From an uncultured candidate division Zixibacteria bacterium (GTDB lineage Bacteria > Zixibacteria > MSB-5A5 > GN15 > FEB-12), in contig CAVTJJ010000003.1 of the NCBI GenBank assembly GCA_963735035.1, positions 64,001 to 128,000 on the forward strand: 64,000 bases of DNA, in the 5' to 3' direction. Below, in pieces: positions 50,647 to 59,288 of this stretch. Below the pieces are notes generated by a model that saw only the letters and a list, made by a program, of their open reading frames with translations, was not told the DNA's origin and ran no database searches. The stretch's first letter is position 1, and each line of letters starts with the position of its first letter. The position numbers were made by a program, and so were the translations under genes.

Positions 50647-51267
50647 CTACTGATCTTCTACTACTGGAAATTCGACGTGAAAACAACCCCGGGAGCGCGA
50701 TATGTACATCGCTGGCACAACATAGAGTTTCTCTGCAGTCGAGTTCTTAAACACTTTGACGTCCCTCAATAGAAGTTCGTCCGGTTCACCCGTGTCCGAG
50801 AAGACCTCAATCCAACCTTTATACATTAAGTCTCTGTCAAAGTCCCTTACTACCACCCAAGGCGGCATGTCTGAGTTCATTACGTAAGCCCATACGTCCT
50901 CGTCTCCGAATCTCCAAGAAATGCTCAGCCGATGGGCAACACGAAATAGCCATTTATTGTTGATCGCTCTGGACAAGAATAAGGCAAGAATGACTGAGAC
51001 AACAGTTACCCTAGAAATTTCCCAGACGTTTTGTTGCTCAATATTCTTCGTAAAGCCGCTAAAGAAAGCGATATCCCATCCCAGACAGTCAATGAGTGTG
51101 ATAGGATAATAAAGGAGATAGCTCAAACAACCAAGGATGAACGAGTATATGAGAAAACGCGCCATCGCGATTTGGCGATGAGTGGTAAGGGCCTCGATTA
51201 TCAAGAGAGCGACAATACCAGGTAAGAACAGCAGCACCAATTTGACCGAAAGTTCCGTGAGCTCCAT
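50647..51267 (-). CDS. DUF6338-like membrane protein
   Basis: LFLPG, three TM segments, DVWAY, YKGWIEVFSD and ELLLRDVKV; RBS GAGGAGG. Confidence 0.65.
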   Translation of the reverse strand: MELTELSVKLVLLFLPGIVALLIIEALTTHRQIAMARFLIYSFILGCLSYLLYYPITLIDCLGWDIAFFSGFTKNIEQQNVWEISRVTVVSVILALFLSRAINNKWLFRVAHRLSISWRFGDEDVWAYVMNSDMPPWVVVRDFDRDLMYKGWIEVFSDTGEPDELLLRDVKVFKNSTAEKLYVVPAMYISRSRGCFHVEFPVVEDQ

Positions 51268-51320
51268 TCCATACCTCCTCAGAAATTTCCGGGTCCACAA
51301 TTACTAGACCCGCTCACCCC

Positions 51321-52094
51321 CTACTTCACCATGCCGCGACCGGAACGTTCTACGAACGCCAGGATAGTCTTCACCTCGGTAATCGGCTCAACCTCACCCT
51401 TGATCCGCTCCACTGCTTGCGACGTATTTAGGTTGGAGAAGAAGAGCAGCTTGAACGTCTTCTCCAGCGTGTGAAGGACATCCGGCTTGAACCCGCGCCG
51501 CCGCAGGCCAATCGAATTAAGCCCGACCACTTTTAGCGGATACCCACCCACCAGCGAATAGGGGCAGACGTCCTGCTGTACCCGGAACCCACCACCGATC
51601 ATGCAGTGAGCGCCAATCTTGACAAACTGGTGAACCGGCAGCACGCCGCCGAGAATGGCATAGTCATCGATTTCGATATGACCCGCCAGATTGACCGAGT
51701 TGGCCAGAATGAGATTATCGCCGAGATGGCAATCGTGCGCGATGTGCGCATAGGCCATGATGAAGCAGTCCTTGCCGACCCGGGTTTCACCAGTAGCCTG
51801 GGTGCCCCGATTGAGCGTGGCGTATTCACGAATAGTGGTGCGGTCGCCGACCTTTAGGATCGTCTTCTCGCCCGCGAATTTCAGATCTTGAGGCAGAGTG
51901 CCCAACACCGCCCCGTGCGAGATCTTCACGCCGCTGCCGATCCGGGCGCCCGAGGCGATCAGCACATTGGAGGCCACTACCGTACCGGAACCGATGACCA
52001 CATCGTCTTCGATTATCGTGTGCGGACCGACTGAAACGTCGTCGGCCAATTGAGCTCTTGGCGAAACAATCGCCGTTCCATGTATCTGACTCAT
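51321..52094 (-). CDS. lpxA: UDP-N-acetylglucosamine acyltransferase
   Basis: Hexapeptide repeats, PQDLKF, IREYATLNRGT, HIAHDC and GLNSIGLRRRG. Confidence 0.97.
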   Translation of the reverse strand: MSQIHGTAIVSPRAQLADDVSVGPHTIIEDDVVIGSGTVVASNVLIASGARIGSGVKISHGAVLGTLPQDLKFAGEKTILKVGDRTTIREYATLNRGTQATGETRVGKDCFIMAYAHIAHDCHLGDNLILANSVNLAGHIEIDDYAILGGVLPVHQFVKIGAHCMIGGGFRVQQDVCPYSLVGGYPLKVVGLNSIGLRRRGFKPDVLHTLEKTFKLLFFSNLNTSQAVERIKGEVEPITEVKTILAFVERSGRGMVK

Positions 52095-53479
52095 CTATCC
52101 ACCACCATAGCTTTGAAATCAGCGCTGCAGACCAGTTGATCTTCGACATAAGCCTTGCCGGTCATCTTGCAGGTCGCATGACGGAATGATTCCATTTCCA
52201 GTTCGAACCGAAGTTGATCGCCCGGTGTGACCGTGCGACGGAACTTGGCGTTATCTATTGAGACAAAAAACGGCAGTTTGGTTTCCGGGTTCTCGACCGC
52301 CTGAAGGAGCAGCACGCCGCCCGCCTGCGCCATGGCTTCGAGTATCAGCACGCCCGGCATGATCGGATGATCGGGGAAATGACCCTGGAAGAACGGCTCG
52401 TTGAACGTGACGTTCTTGAGACCCACCACCCGCTTGCCCGGTTCGAGATCGATAATCCGATCGACCAGCAGCATCGGATAGCGGTGCGGCAGGACTTTCA
52501 GCACCCCCTGGATATCGAACAGAGCGCGGCCGCCCTTGGTGTATTTGCTGGCGATCCGCTTCTTCTTGTACAGATCGCGCATTTTGCGGGCCAGGGCGAC
52601 ATTCGCCCGATGCCCCGAACGGGCGGCCAACACGTGACCCTTGAACGGAGCGCCTATCAACGCCAGGTCGCCCAACAGATCGAGCGTCTTGTGCCGGACC
52701 GGTTCGTTGTAGAAGCGCAGGGGAATATCGTTAATGATTCCGGTCTCGCCTACAAAGGCCTCATCTTTCAGATCAAGAACTCTGCGGATGCGATCGACTT
52801 CCACCTGGCCCTTGTCGGAGTCGTACAGAACGACCGCATTATGCAGCCCGCCGCCTTTTATGAGTCCCTGCGCCTTCAGTGCTTCAATCTCGGACAGGAA
52901 GCAGAAAGTACGGGCGGGGGCGAATTCCTCGACAAACTCACTCTCGAGGTCCTGAAGGGTCGTGTATTGGGTGCCGAGAGCCGGATTCTTGTAGTCGATC
53001 ATGAAAGTGATGCGGAGATCGTTCGACGGCGTCACTACCAGATCGACCTTCCGATCCGGTTCGCTGTACGACATGGGCGTATCGATTTCGAGGTAGAACT
53101 TGTCGATGTTCTGATCTACGATCCCAGCCTTGAGCAGGCAATCGACATACGGCTTGGCCGAGCCGTCGCCGACCGGCGGTTCGTTGGAATTGAGCTCGAC
53201 AATCATGTTGTCGATCTGGAGCCCGGCGAAGGCGGCCAGAACATGCTCCACGGTATGAACTTTCGCCTCTCCCTTTTGCAGAGTGGTGCCACGGGAGATG
53301 TCGACCACGTGATCGATATCGGCCTGAACCCACGGGTGTCCGTCGAGATCGGTACGGACAAACCTGATGCCGGTATTGGGTTCGGCCGGCCGAAAGGTCA
53401 TAGTACAGGCATTGCCGGTATGTAGACCGATTCCATCCAGCGAAATCGATTCCTTGACTGTTCTTTGTTTTTCGTACAT
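52091..53479 (-). CDS. lpxC: Bifunctional LpxC/FabZ
   Basis: GIGLHTG, TVEHVLAA and RHKTLDLLGD, fused to LPHRYPMLLVDR and GHFP..PIMPGVLILEAMAQ. Confidence 0.96.
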   Translation of the reverse strand: MYEKQRTVKESISLDGIGLHTGNACTMTFRPAEPNTGIRFVRTDLDGHPWVQADIDHVVDISRGTTLQKGEAKVHTVEHVLAAFAGLQIDNMIVELNSNEPPVGDGSAKPYVDCLLKAGIVDQNIDKFYLEIDTPMSYSEPDRKVDLVVTPSNDLRITFMIDYKNPALGTQYTTLQDLESEFVEEFAPARTFCFLSEIEALKAQGLIKGGGLHNAVVLYDSDKGQVEVDRIRRVLDLKDEAFVGETGIINDIPLRFYNEPVRHKTLDLLGDLALIGAPFKGHVLAARSGHRANVALARKMRDLYKKKRIASKYTKGGRALFDIQGVLKVLPHRYPMLLVDRIIDLEPGKRVVGLKNVTFNEPFFQGHFPDHPIMPGVLILEAMAQAGGVLLLQAVENPETKLPFFVSIDNAKFRRTVTPGDQLRFELEMESFRHATCKMTGKAYVEDQLVCSADFKAMVVDR

Positions 53480-53659
53480 AAGCGTCTATATGTTAATAAG
53501 TTGGCCGGAGTATATAGCCTTACGACAGGCGACTCAAGCGGTTTTTTTCGATTGCCCGGTGTAACAAGAGAGCAATCTGCCCCGTCTGTCTCCTTACTAA
53601 CTGTTGTCATATTCACGTTTTGCATTATATTGTGGCCGTACTCACCCATAGGAGACACC

Positions 53660-56600
53660 GTGATTATTCGTCCCACTGCTCTTGCCTGGCTCGTCCTCTA
53701 CATTCTGATTTCAACGACTCTCGTCGGCGCGGTCGCCAACGACACCCAAATCCGCATCACCCTGGAAAACAAGGACCAGATCAGGCAACTCTCAGCCCTT
53801 GGACTGGACATTGTTTGGATCGACCCGACCTTCGTGGAAATCTTCACCAACCCGGCCCAGGCCGATTCGCTTCGTCAGCTCGGTTTCAAGATCGAAACCG
53901 TCCACGAATCGGTGAGAGATTTCTACCGTTCGCGACTCCCCCAGAAAGACATGGGCGGCTACAAGACCCTGGCCGAGATCAACGCCTATCTCGACGCCAT
54001 GATCGCGGCGCATCCCGATATCGTCTCGACAAAGCAGTCTATTGGCACCACGATCGAAGGACGAGACATCTGGGCAGTCAAGATTTCCGATAATCCAAAT
54101 GTAGACGAAGTCGAGCCGGAGGTGCTTTTCACCGCGGCTATCCACGCCCGCGAGGTCGCCACACCGGAGATCCTGCTACATTACATGGATTACCTCACGA
54201 CTCAGTACCCCACGAATCCTGAGGTGCAGGCGTTGGTCGACGGTCGTGAAATCTGGTTCATTCTCAACTGCAACCCCGATGGATACTATTACAATCAGGT
54301 TATCGCTCCCGGCGGCCTGGGCAACTGGCGCATGAACCGTCGGGACAACGGCAACGGCACTTACGGTGTAGACATTAACCGGAATTTCGGTTACGGATGG
54401 GGGTTTGACAACATCGGTTCGTCCCCGACTCCGGGATCGGAAACATATCGTGGTTCGGCTCCCTTCTCCGAGCCCGAGACACAGGCGCTGCGCGATTTCG
54501 AGATTGCGCACCATTTCGAGCTTTCAGTGTACTATCACGCCTACGCCAATATCTTCATCTTCCCCTGGGGTTTCGTTCAACAGAATTGCCCCGATAACGA
54601 TCTTTACCGCGCTATGGGTGACACGGTTCAGGCGATGTGCGGATACCAGCCGGGGCTGGTAGCCGACCTGCTTTATCTGGCCAACGGCGGCTCGTTCGAC
54701 TGGGAATACGGGGAGCAGACTCTCAAGAACAAAATACTCGGTATTACGATCGAGGCTGGTCGAAACTCCGATGGGTTCTGGCCCACTCTGGCGCGCCTGG
54801 CGGAATTGAAGGATGAAAATCTGCAGCCGCTTTTGTTCCTCACCCGGATGGCTGGAACCGTCGACCGACTTCGTCCTCCTTCGCCGCCGGTAATAGCCGA
54901 ACTTCCCGGCCCGGTAAGCGGAGCCTCATATTCTATCGATTGGAGCGATAATGATCTGGCCAATCCGGGCGTCCGCTATGAATTGGTAGAATTGCAGAAA
55001 AGACGCGTCGCAATTGACCCTGGAAACGATCTCAATAGCTGGGGAACCGATGGTTTCAGTGCGTCGACGGCGCGTTCATTTTCAACACCGGGCTCGCTCT
55101 ATTCCGGAACGAATAATCAATACCTGGCACACCTGACGACCGCCTACCCTTATCTCGTGAAAACCGGCGATCACCTGACGTTCCGTACTTTCTTTGATAT
55201 GGAGCTCTTCCGCGACTTCGGATACGTGAGTGTCTCCACCGATGGCCGTACGTTCACTTCGATACCGGGAAATCTGACATCCGACTACAATCCCTACGGC
55301 CCCAATCGAGGCAATGGGATAACCGGTTCCTCGGGAGACTGGGTTCAGGCCGATTTCGACCTCTCGAGTTTCGTGGGACAGCAAGTCTGGTTCAAGTTCA
55401 CGTATGAGACCGACTTCTCCTTTTTCGGGGAAGGGTGGTATCTGGATAATATCTACCCGCACGTTGTTTTCGACAGCAGCACCGTGGTCAATTCCAACAT
55501 CACGGCGCTTACCTACGACTTCACGGACAAACCCCTTGGGGTCTACTATTACCAAGTCAGGGCTCAGGATGCTGAAGGGCAATGGGGCGACTTTTCGACA
55601 GTAGCCCAAGCAGACGTTCTCGGCACTGGAACCGGAGATATCGATCTCGACGGCATAGCGAACAGTCCCTCTGATCTCGCGCTGTTCAGTCTCTACTTCA
55701 GGCAGGGGATTTCGGCTTATGACATAGACCCGGCACAGCAAGTGGCCGAGACTGACATCAATTGTGATGGCTTCACATCGACCCCAGAGGACTTGATCAG
55801 TCTGGCCCGGGTGGTCGCTGAAACAGAAACACGCTGTTACAGTACTGTCGCCCCTCCTAATTCTAAGACTGATATCCTCGATTTGAGCCTGTCGACCGAC
55901 TCAAATCGTACCGTTCAATCGGCGGTCGGAACCGCTATATATGCTGTTAAATTGGAGAACACAGTCTTCCCTGACGATGATAGTGTCTTCGTAGACATAG
56001 CCCTGACCCAGGCTACGACGTCTCTCCTGGGATACCAATTCCATCTGGAGTACGACGCTGCCAGGCTTGAACTTCAGGAGGTACGAGCCGGCGACGCCAC
56101 GACCGGCTGGCAATTCTTCGATTGGCATTCATCCCAAACGGCCGGAATAGGCGAAGTCGTGATAGCATCGGTGGCACAGTACAACGGCTCAGCCATTGAT
56201 CCGGGTCAGATTAGTCTATTGCCGATTCCTGCCGGACTTGTGCACCTGAAATTCCGCGTGCTATCGCTCAATCTGGCTCTGAGTTCGGACATCAGGTTCG
56301 TATGGAGCGATTGCGGCGATAACGCGGTCGTGTGCGGCAGCTATGCGGGGAGCAATCTGCAAGTCGATTCGCTGGCTTTGTCGCGGGAAGTACGCGACTA
56401 TGCCGGAGCCGATATAACCGGCCTCGACCCGCTTTACGGTGGCGCCAACCAAAGCTGCTTCTATGAACTGTTCGGCAATCCGCCCGCAGCCGTGGTCGAT
56501 TTCGCTAACACCCGGATCGTCCGAAGTGGTGGATGTTGCGTCGGGCAGGTAGGTGACGTCAACGGTGAAGGCGGCGACGCACCCACGATCGGTGATATTT

Positions 56601-56776
56601 CCAGGCTTATCGACCATCTGTTCATTTCCGGCGTAGAGCTAACCTGTCTTCAGGAGGCCGACGTGAATCAATCGGGGGGCGCCTCGCCGACAAACGAGGA
56701 CATCACTATCGGCGACATATCTATGTTGATTGATCACCTGTTCGTAAGCGGGGTGACTCTGCCGTCCTGCTTGTAG
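53660..56776 (+). CDS. Secreted M14 (carboxypeptidase T-like) Zn peptidase with a jelly-roll domain and dockerin-cohesin-dockerin modules
   Basis: GTG start after GGAG; HARE, GVDINRN, YHAY and TIE; GDIDLDG/DINCDG pair; cohesin-like GYQFHLEYD...LKFRV; C-terminal GDVNG/ADVNQSG pair. Confidence 0.85.
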   Translation: MIIRPTALAWLVLYILISTTLVGAVANDTQIRITLENKDQIRQLSALGLDIVWIDPTFVEIFTNPAQADSLRQLGFKIETVHESVRDFYRSRLPQKDMGGYKTLAEINAYLDAMIAAHPDIVSTKQSIGTTIEGRDIWAVKISDNPNVDEVEPEVLFTAAIHAREVATPEILLHYMDYLTTQYPTNPEVQALVDGREIWFILNCNPDGYYYNQVIAPGGLGNWRMNRRDNGNGTYGVDINRNFGYGWGFDNIGSSPTPGSETYRGSAPFSEPETQALRDFEIAHHFELSVYYHAYANIFIFPWGFVQQNCPDNDLYRAMGDTVQAMCGYQPGLVADLLYLANGGSFDWEYGEQTLKNKILGITIEAGRNSDGFWPTLARLAELKDENLQPLLFLTRMAGTVDRLRPPSPPVIAELPGPVSGASYSIDWSDNDLANPGVRYELVELQKRRVAIDPGNDLNSWGTDGFSASTARSFSTPGSLYSGTNNQYLAHLTTAYPYLVKTGDHLTFRTFFDMELFRDFGYVSVSTDGRTFTSIPGNLTSDYNPYGPNRGNGITGSSGDWVQADFDLSSFVGQQVWFKFTYETDFSFFGEGWYLDNIYPHVVFDSSTVVNSNITALTYDFTDKPLGVYYYQVRAQDAEGQWGDFSTVAQADVLGTGTGDIDLDGIANSPSDLALFSLYFRQGISAYDIDPAQQVAETDINCDGFTSTPEDLISLARVVAETETRCYSTVAPPNSKTDILDLSLSTDSNRTVQSAVGTAIYAVKLENTVFPDDDSVFVDIALTQATTSLLGYQFHLEYDAARLELQEVRAGDATTGWQFFDWHSSQTAGIGEVVIASVAQYNGSAIDPGQISLLPIPAGLVHLKFRVLSLNLALSSDIRFVWSDCGDNAVVCGSYAGSNLQVDSLALSREVRDYAGADITGLDPLYGGANQSCFYELFGNPPAAVVDFANTRIVRSGGCCVGQVGDVNGEGGDAPTIGDISRLIDHLFISGVELTCLQEADVNQSGGASPTNEDITIGDISMLIDHLFVSGVTLPSCL

Positions 56777-56802
56777 CCACCCGCTCAGATTTTGATAATC
56801 GG

Positions 56803-56833
56803 GCCGCCGTTGAACATCAACGGCGGTCTTTTT
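56803..56833 (+). terminator. Intrinsic terminator
   Basis: gccgccgttga-aca-tcaacggcggt followed by ctttttc. Confidence 0.8.
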
Positions 56834-56858
56834 CATTTGTTCCTGCAGGGATATCTTC

Positions 56859-57113
56859 TCACACCTCCTTCAGCGATTTCACCTGCCGAAGCTTGCGGAA
56901 CAACTGAACGTACTCTCGCACCATAATCTCCTCCGCCTGCGACAGACCTTCCATCATGGGAATACCGATCCGAAGAACGGCCCGAACGATATCGGCGGTG
57001 GTTCGATCATACCGGTCGGCCAGTTCTTTGAGACGGCTCTTTAGTTCGTGAGAAACAAACACGTTGAGACAGTGATCGCCTCGGGTGGGTTGAGATTCCT
57101 GTTCACGGGTCAT
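56859..57113 (-). CDS. Ribbon-helix-helix (CopG-like) protein
   Basis: LNVFVSHELKSRLKELADRYDRTTADIVRAVL; RBS AAAGGA. Confidence 0.75.
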   Translation of the reverse strand: MTREQESQPTRGDHCLNVFVSHELKSRLKELADRYDRTTADIVRAVLRIGIPMMEGLSQAEEIMVREYVQLFRKLRQVKSLKEV

Positions 57114-57142
57114 GTCGGTTCCTTTCTTACTGCTTATTACTG

Positions 57143-57646
57143 TCAGTGATATTTTTCGTGGCCGATGAGAATCTGCGGCGTACTGATCCGGATTCCGGTC
57201 TCGGCCTCTATCTGTTTCATGACCGGCCGCCAGGTTGAGCGAGGATCTCGTTCGCGAATCAGGCGGTCGATTTCCTGACGTCGCGTCGACCGACAGACCG
57301 GGCAATCGGTAGCCGACGGCGGATCGATTCCGAACAACTCCCGGACCATCGGCGCGAGCTTACGCCTCAGCTTCCGAAGTGCCCGCCCGTGCATGGCTTC
57401 AAGGCGATGCTCGGTACGACCGGTCAGGGCTGCGATTTCGGCGCAGCTCCGGCCCATGAAGTGAATTAGTTCGATTAGCTCCCGCTCGTCTTCGGACAAT
57501 CCGGATAAGGCCGAGCGAACGCCCTGTCGAAGGTACTCCAGTCTGTCTGACTCCGGCTCGTGGCCGGGTTCAGAGGAAATCGATGCGGAAGGATCGCGGC
57601 CCAGATCGGCAATCCAGTTCTGATACACGATACGACTCGACGGCAT
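57143..57646 (-). CDS. Sigma70 region-4-like HTH protein with a CxxC...HxxxH C-terminal domain
   Basis: ALSGLSEDERELIELIHFMGRSCAEIA...RALRKLR, then CPVC...HEKYH. Confidence 0.7.
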   Translation of the reverse strand: MPSSRIVYQNWIADLGRDPSASISSEPGHEPESDRLEYLRQGVRSALSGLSEDERELIELIHFMGRSCAEIAALTGRTEHRLEAMHGRALRKLRRKLAPMVRELFGIDPPSATDCPVCRSTRRQEIDRLIRERDPRSTWRPVMKQIEAETGIRISTPQILIGHEKYH

Positions 57647-57915
57647 TTTGATGTGGTCTCCCTTTCGGTGATTCTGTCTTTGCTGGCCGCAGACTAAGCG
57701 GCATGACATAGGGGCGCTACGACTTGCGGGTCACATGTGAAAGCGAGTCCGACGGCTTACCGGTATCATGTGATTCACATGCGTAAAGGAGATGGCCCCA
57801 TACGCCGAATAACCAAGTGGAGACAAAAAGACCTGAACTCCCGCATCAAATTTGTATATACTCTAGTGCGGATAGGTGCGGTAAGGGCTTACTCCTTGGT
57901 GAAAGTGCAAGTGGT

Positions 57916-58140
57916 ATGAGAGATTCTCGACACTCCGGTAATCGCGGCAGCATCGTAAGCGGCGTTATTATCCTCGGGATTGGGCTCTATTTTCTCGCCG
58001 TGAATTGGGACTACCTTCCCCCGCCTGAGGATAGCTGGCCGTTCTTCCTGGTGATTGTCGGGGTTGCCCTGATCATCGGCAACTTTACAGGGGGCCGAGG
58101 TAAAGACAAGAACCCGCCACCCCCCACGCCGGGATTCTGA
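57916..58140 (+). CDS. Small 2-TM protein (LiaI/LiaF-N/DUF5668-like)
   Basis: GVIILGIGLYFL...SWPFFLVIVGVALI. Confidence 0.7.
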   Translation: MRDSRHSGNRGSIVSGVIILGIGLYFLAVNWDYLPPPEDSWPFFLVIVGVALIIGNFTGGRGKDKNPPPPTPGF

Positions 58141-58151
58141 AGGAGGCCCGT

Positions 58152-58934
58152 CTGGACAACCAGCAGTACGAGCGCGAAACGGTCTATCCGTCAGAACAGC
58201 CCAAAATCGATCCGAACGACCCGACCACGGCCTTCAAGATTCGCACCGACAATGCGTCGTTCGTTACCTCGGGCTGGACCTATGCCACGCTCACTATTTT
58301 GCTCGTACTGTACCCCACTCTTTCGCTGGTAGGGATTGGCGAAGATCCCACGGAGCTCCTGCGGAATCTCAACAAGGGCGTCCTGCTCTTCCTGCTGATT
58401 TTCACGATTCTGGTTCAGTGGAGCATCTTCCTCATAAATTACGTGACGGTGTATTTCGAAGGTACCGGCCTGGCCGGAGTTGGAGTAACTCGCCCACGCG
58501 CGCTGGATTTTGCCTGGGCCATTTCGTTCTTCTTATGCGCCTGGCTTATGCTGACCGGCCTGGCCTGGTTGTTGGCCCGAGCCGGACTCCCCCTGGCCGG
58601 TGAAATTGATCTGCTGATTCCCTCCGACGCTCTCGGGCGCGTGGTCTGGGTGGCGGTTTCGTTTACGGCGGGATTTTGCGAAGAAATCGCGTTCCGTGGG
58701 TATCTGATGACCCGCCTTCGAATACTAGGCAAGTTTCAGAGCTGGTTACTTCCCAGCCTGATTTCCGCCGTTGCTTTTGGAATCTGTCACGCCTACCAGG
58801 GAATACCGGGGTTCATTTTGGTCACCGTTTACGGGCTACTTTTCTCGTGGTTGTACATCAAGACCGGCCGGCTGTGGCCCTGTATAATTGCCCATTTCCT
58901 TCAGGACTTCGGCGCCCTGTTCCTGCCCAGATAG
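58152..58934 (+). CDS. CPBP (CAAX protease/Abi family) intramembrane metalloprotease
   Basis: EEIAFRGYL, FGICHAYQG and AHFLQD. The frame is open back to a CTG at 58152 behind AGGAGG. Confidence 0.9.
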   Translation: MDNQQYERETVYPSEQPKIDPNDPTTAFKIRTDNASFVTSGWTYATLTILLVLYPTLSLVGIGEDPTELLRNLNKGVLLFLLIFTILVQWSIFLINYVTVYFEGTGLAGVGVTRPRALDFAWAISFFLCAWLMLTGLAWLLARAGLPLAGEIDLLIPSDALGRVVWVAVSFTAGFCEEIAFRGYLMTRLRILGKFQSWLLPSLISAVAFGICHAYQGIPGFILVTVYGLLFSWLYIKTGRLWPCIIAHFLQDFGALFLPR

Positions 58935-59288
58935 CCGATTCCCGAACAGGCGGACAACTCTATCTCTGCCAATAGAATCTGTAAACGGTCTGTTTCGGGT
59001 GGTTTTGGTGAGCGGCGGATTATTTGGTCTGTCAGGACCATTTTTTCTGTTGCGTATCTTCGGCCACTGCATGTATTATACAGTGACGTTATGGAAGTCG
59101 GCGCCCGTGGTAGAGTGCGGGCACGCAAGATTAAGGGACGTTGGTGCCGAGTTGGGTTCCCCTCCCCCCCCTAACTCTTGGCACCACCTGGCGGCGCTAA
59201 AAATTATTCGACAGTTTGCGCCGCCAGGCTCCCCTTTTTTCCCTCAATATCGATCTTAGATTATTCCCTCAGGTTGAGGTCTGCCGTA

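Noticed and set aside
58152..58934. CPBP/Abi protease as a phage defence or bacteriocin immunity gene
   Set aside because: The family is widespread and no bacteriocin or defence context is visible.
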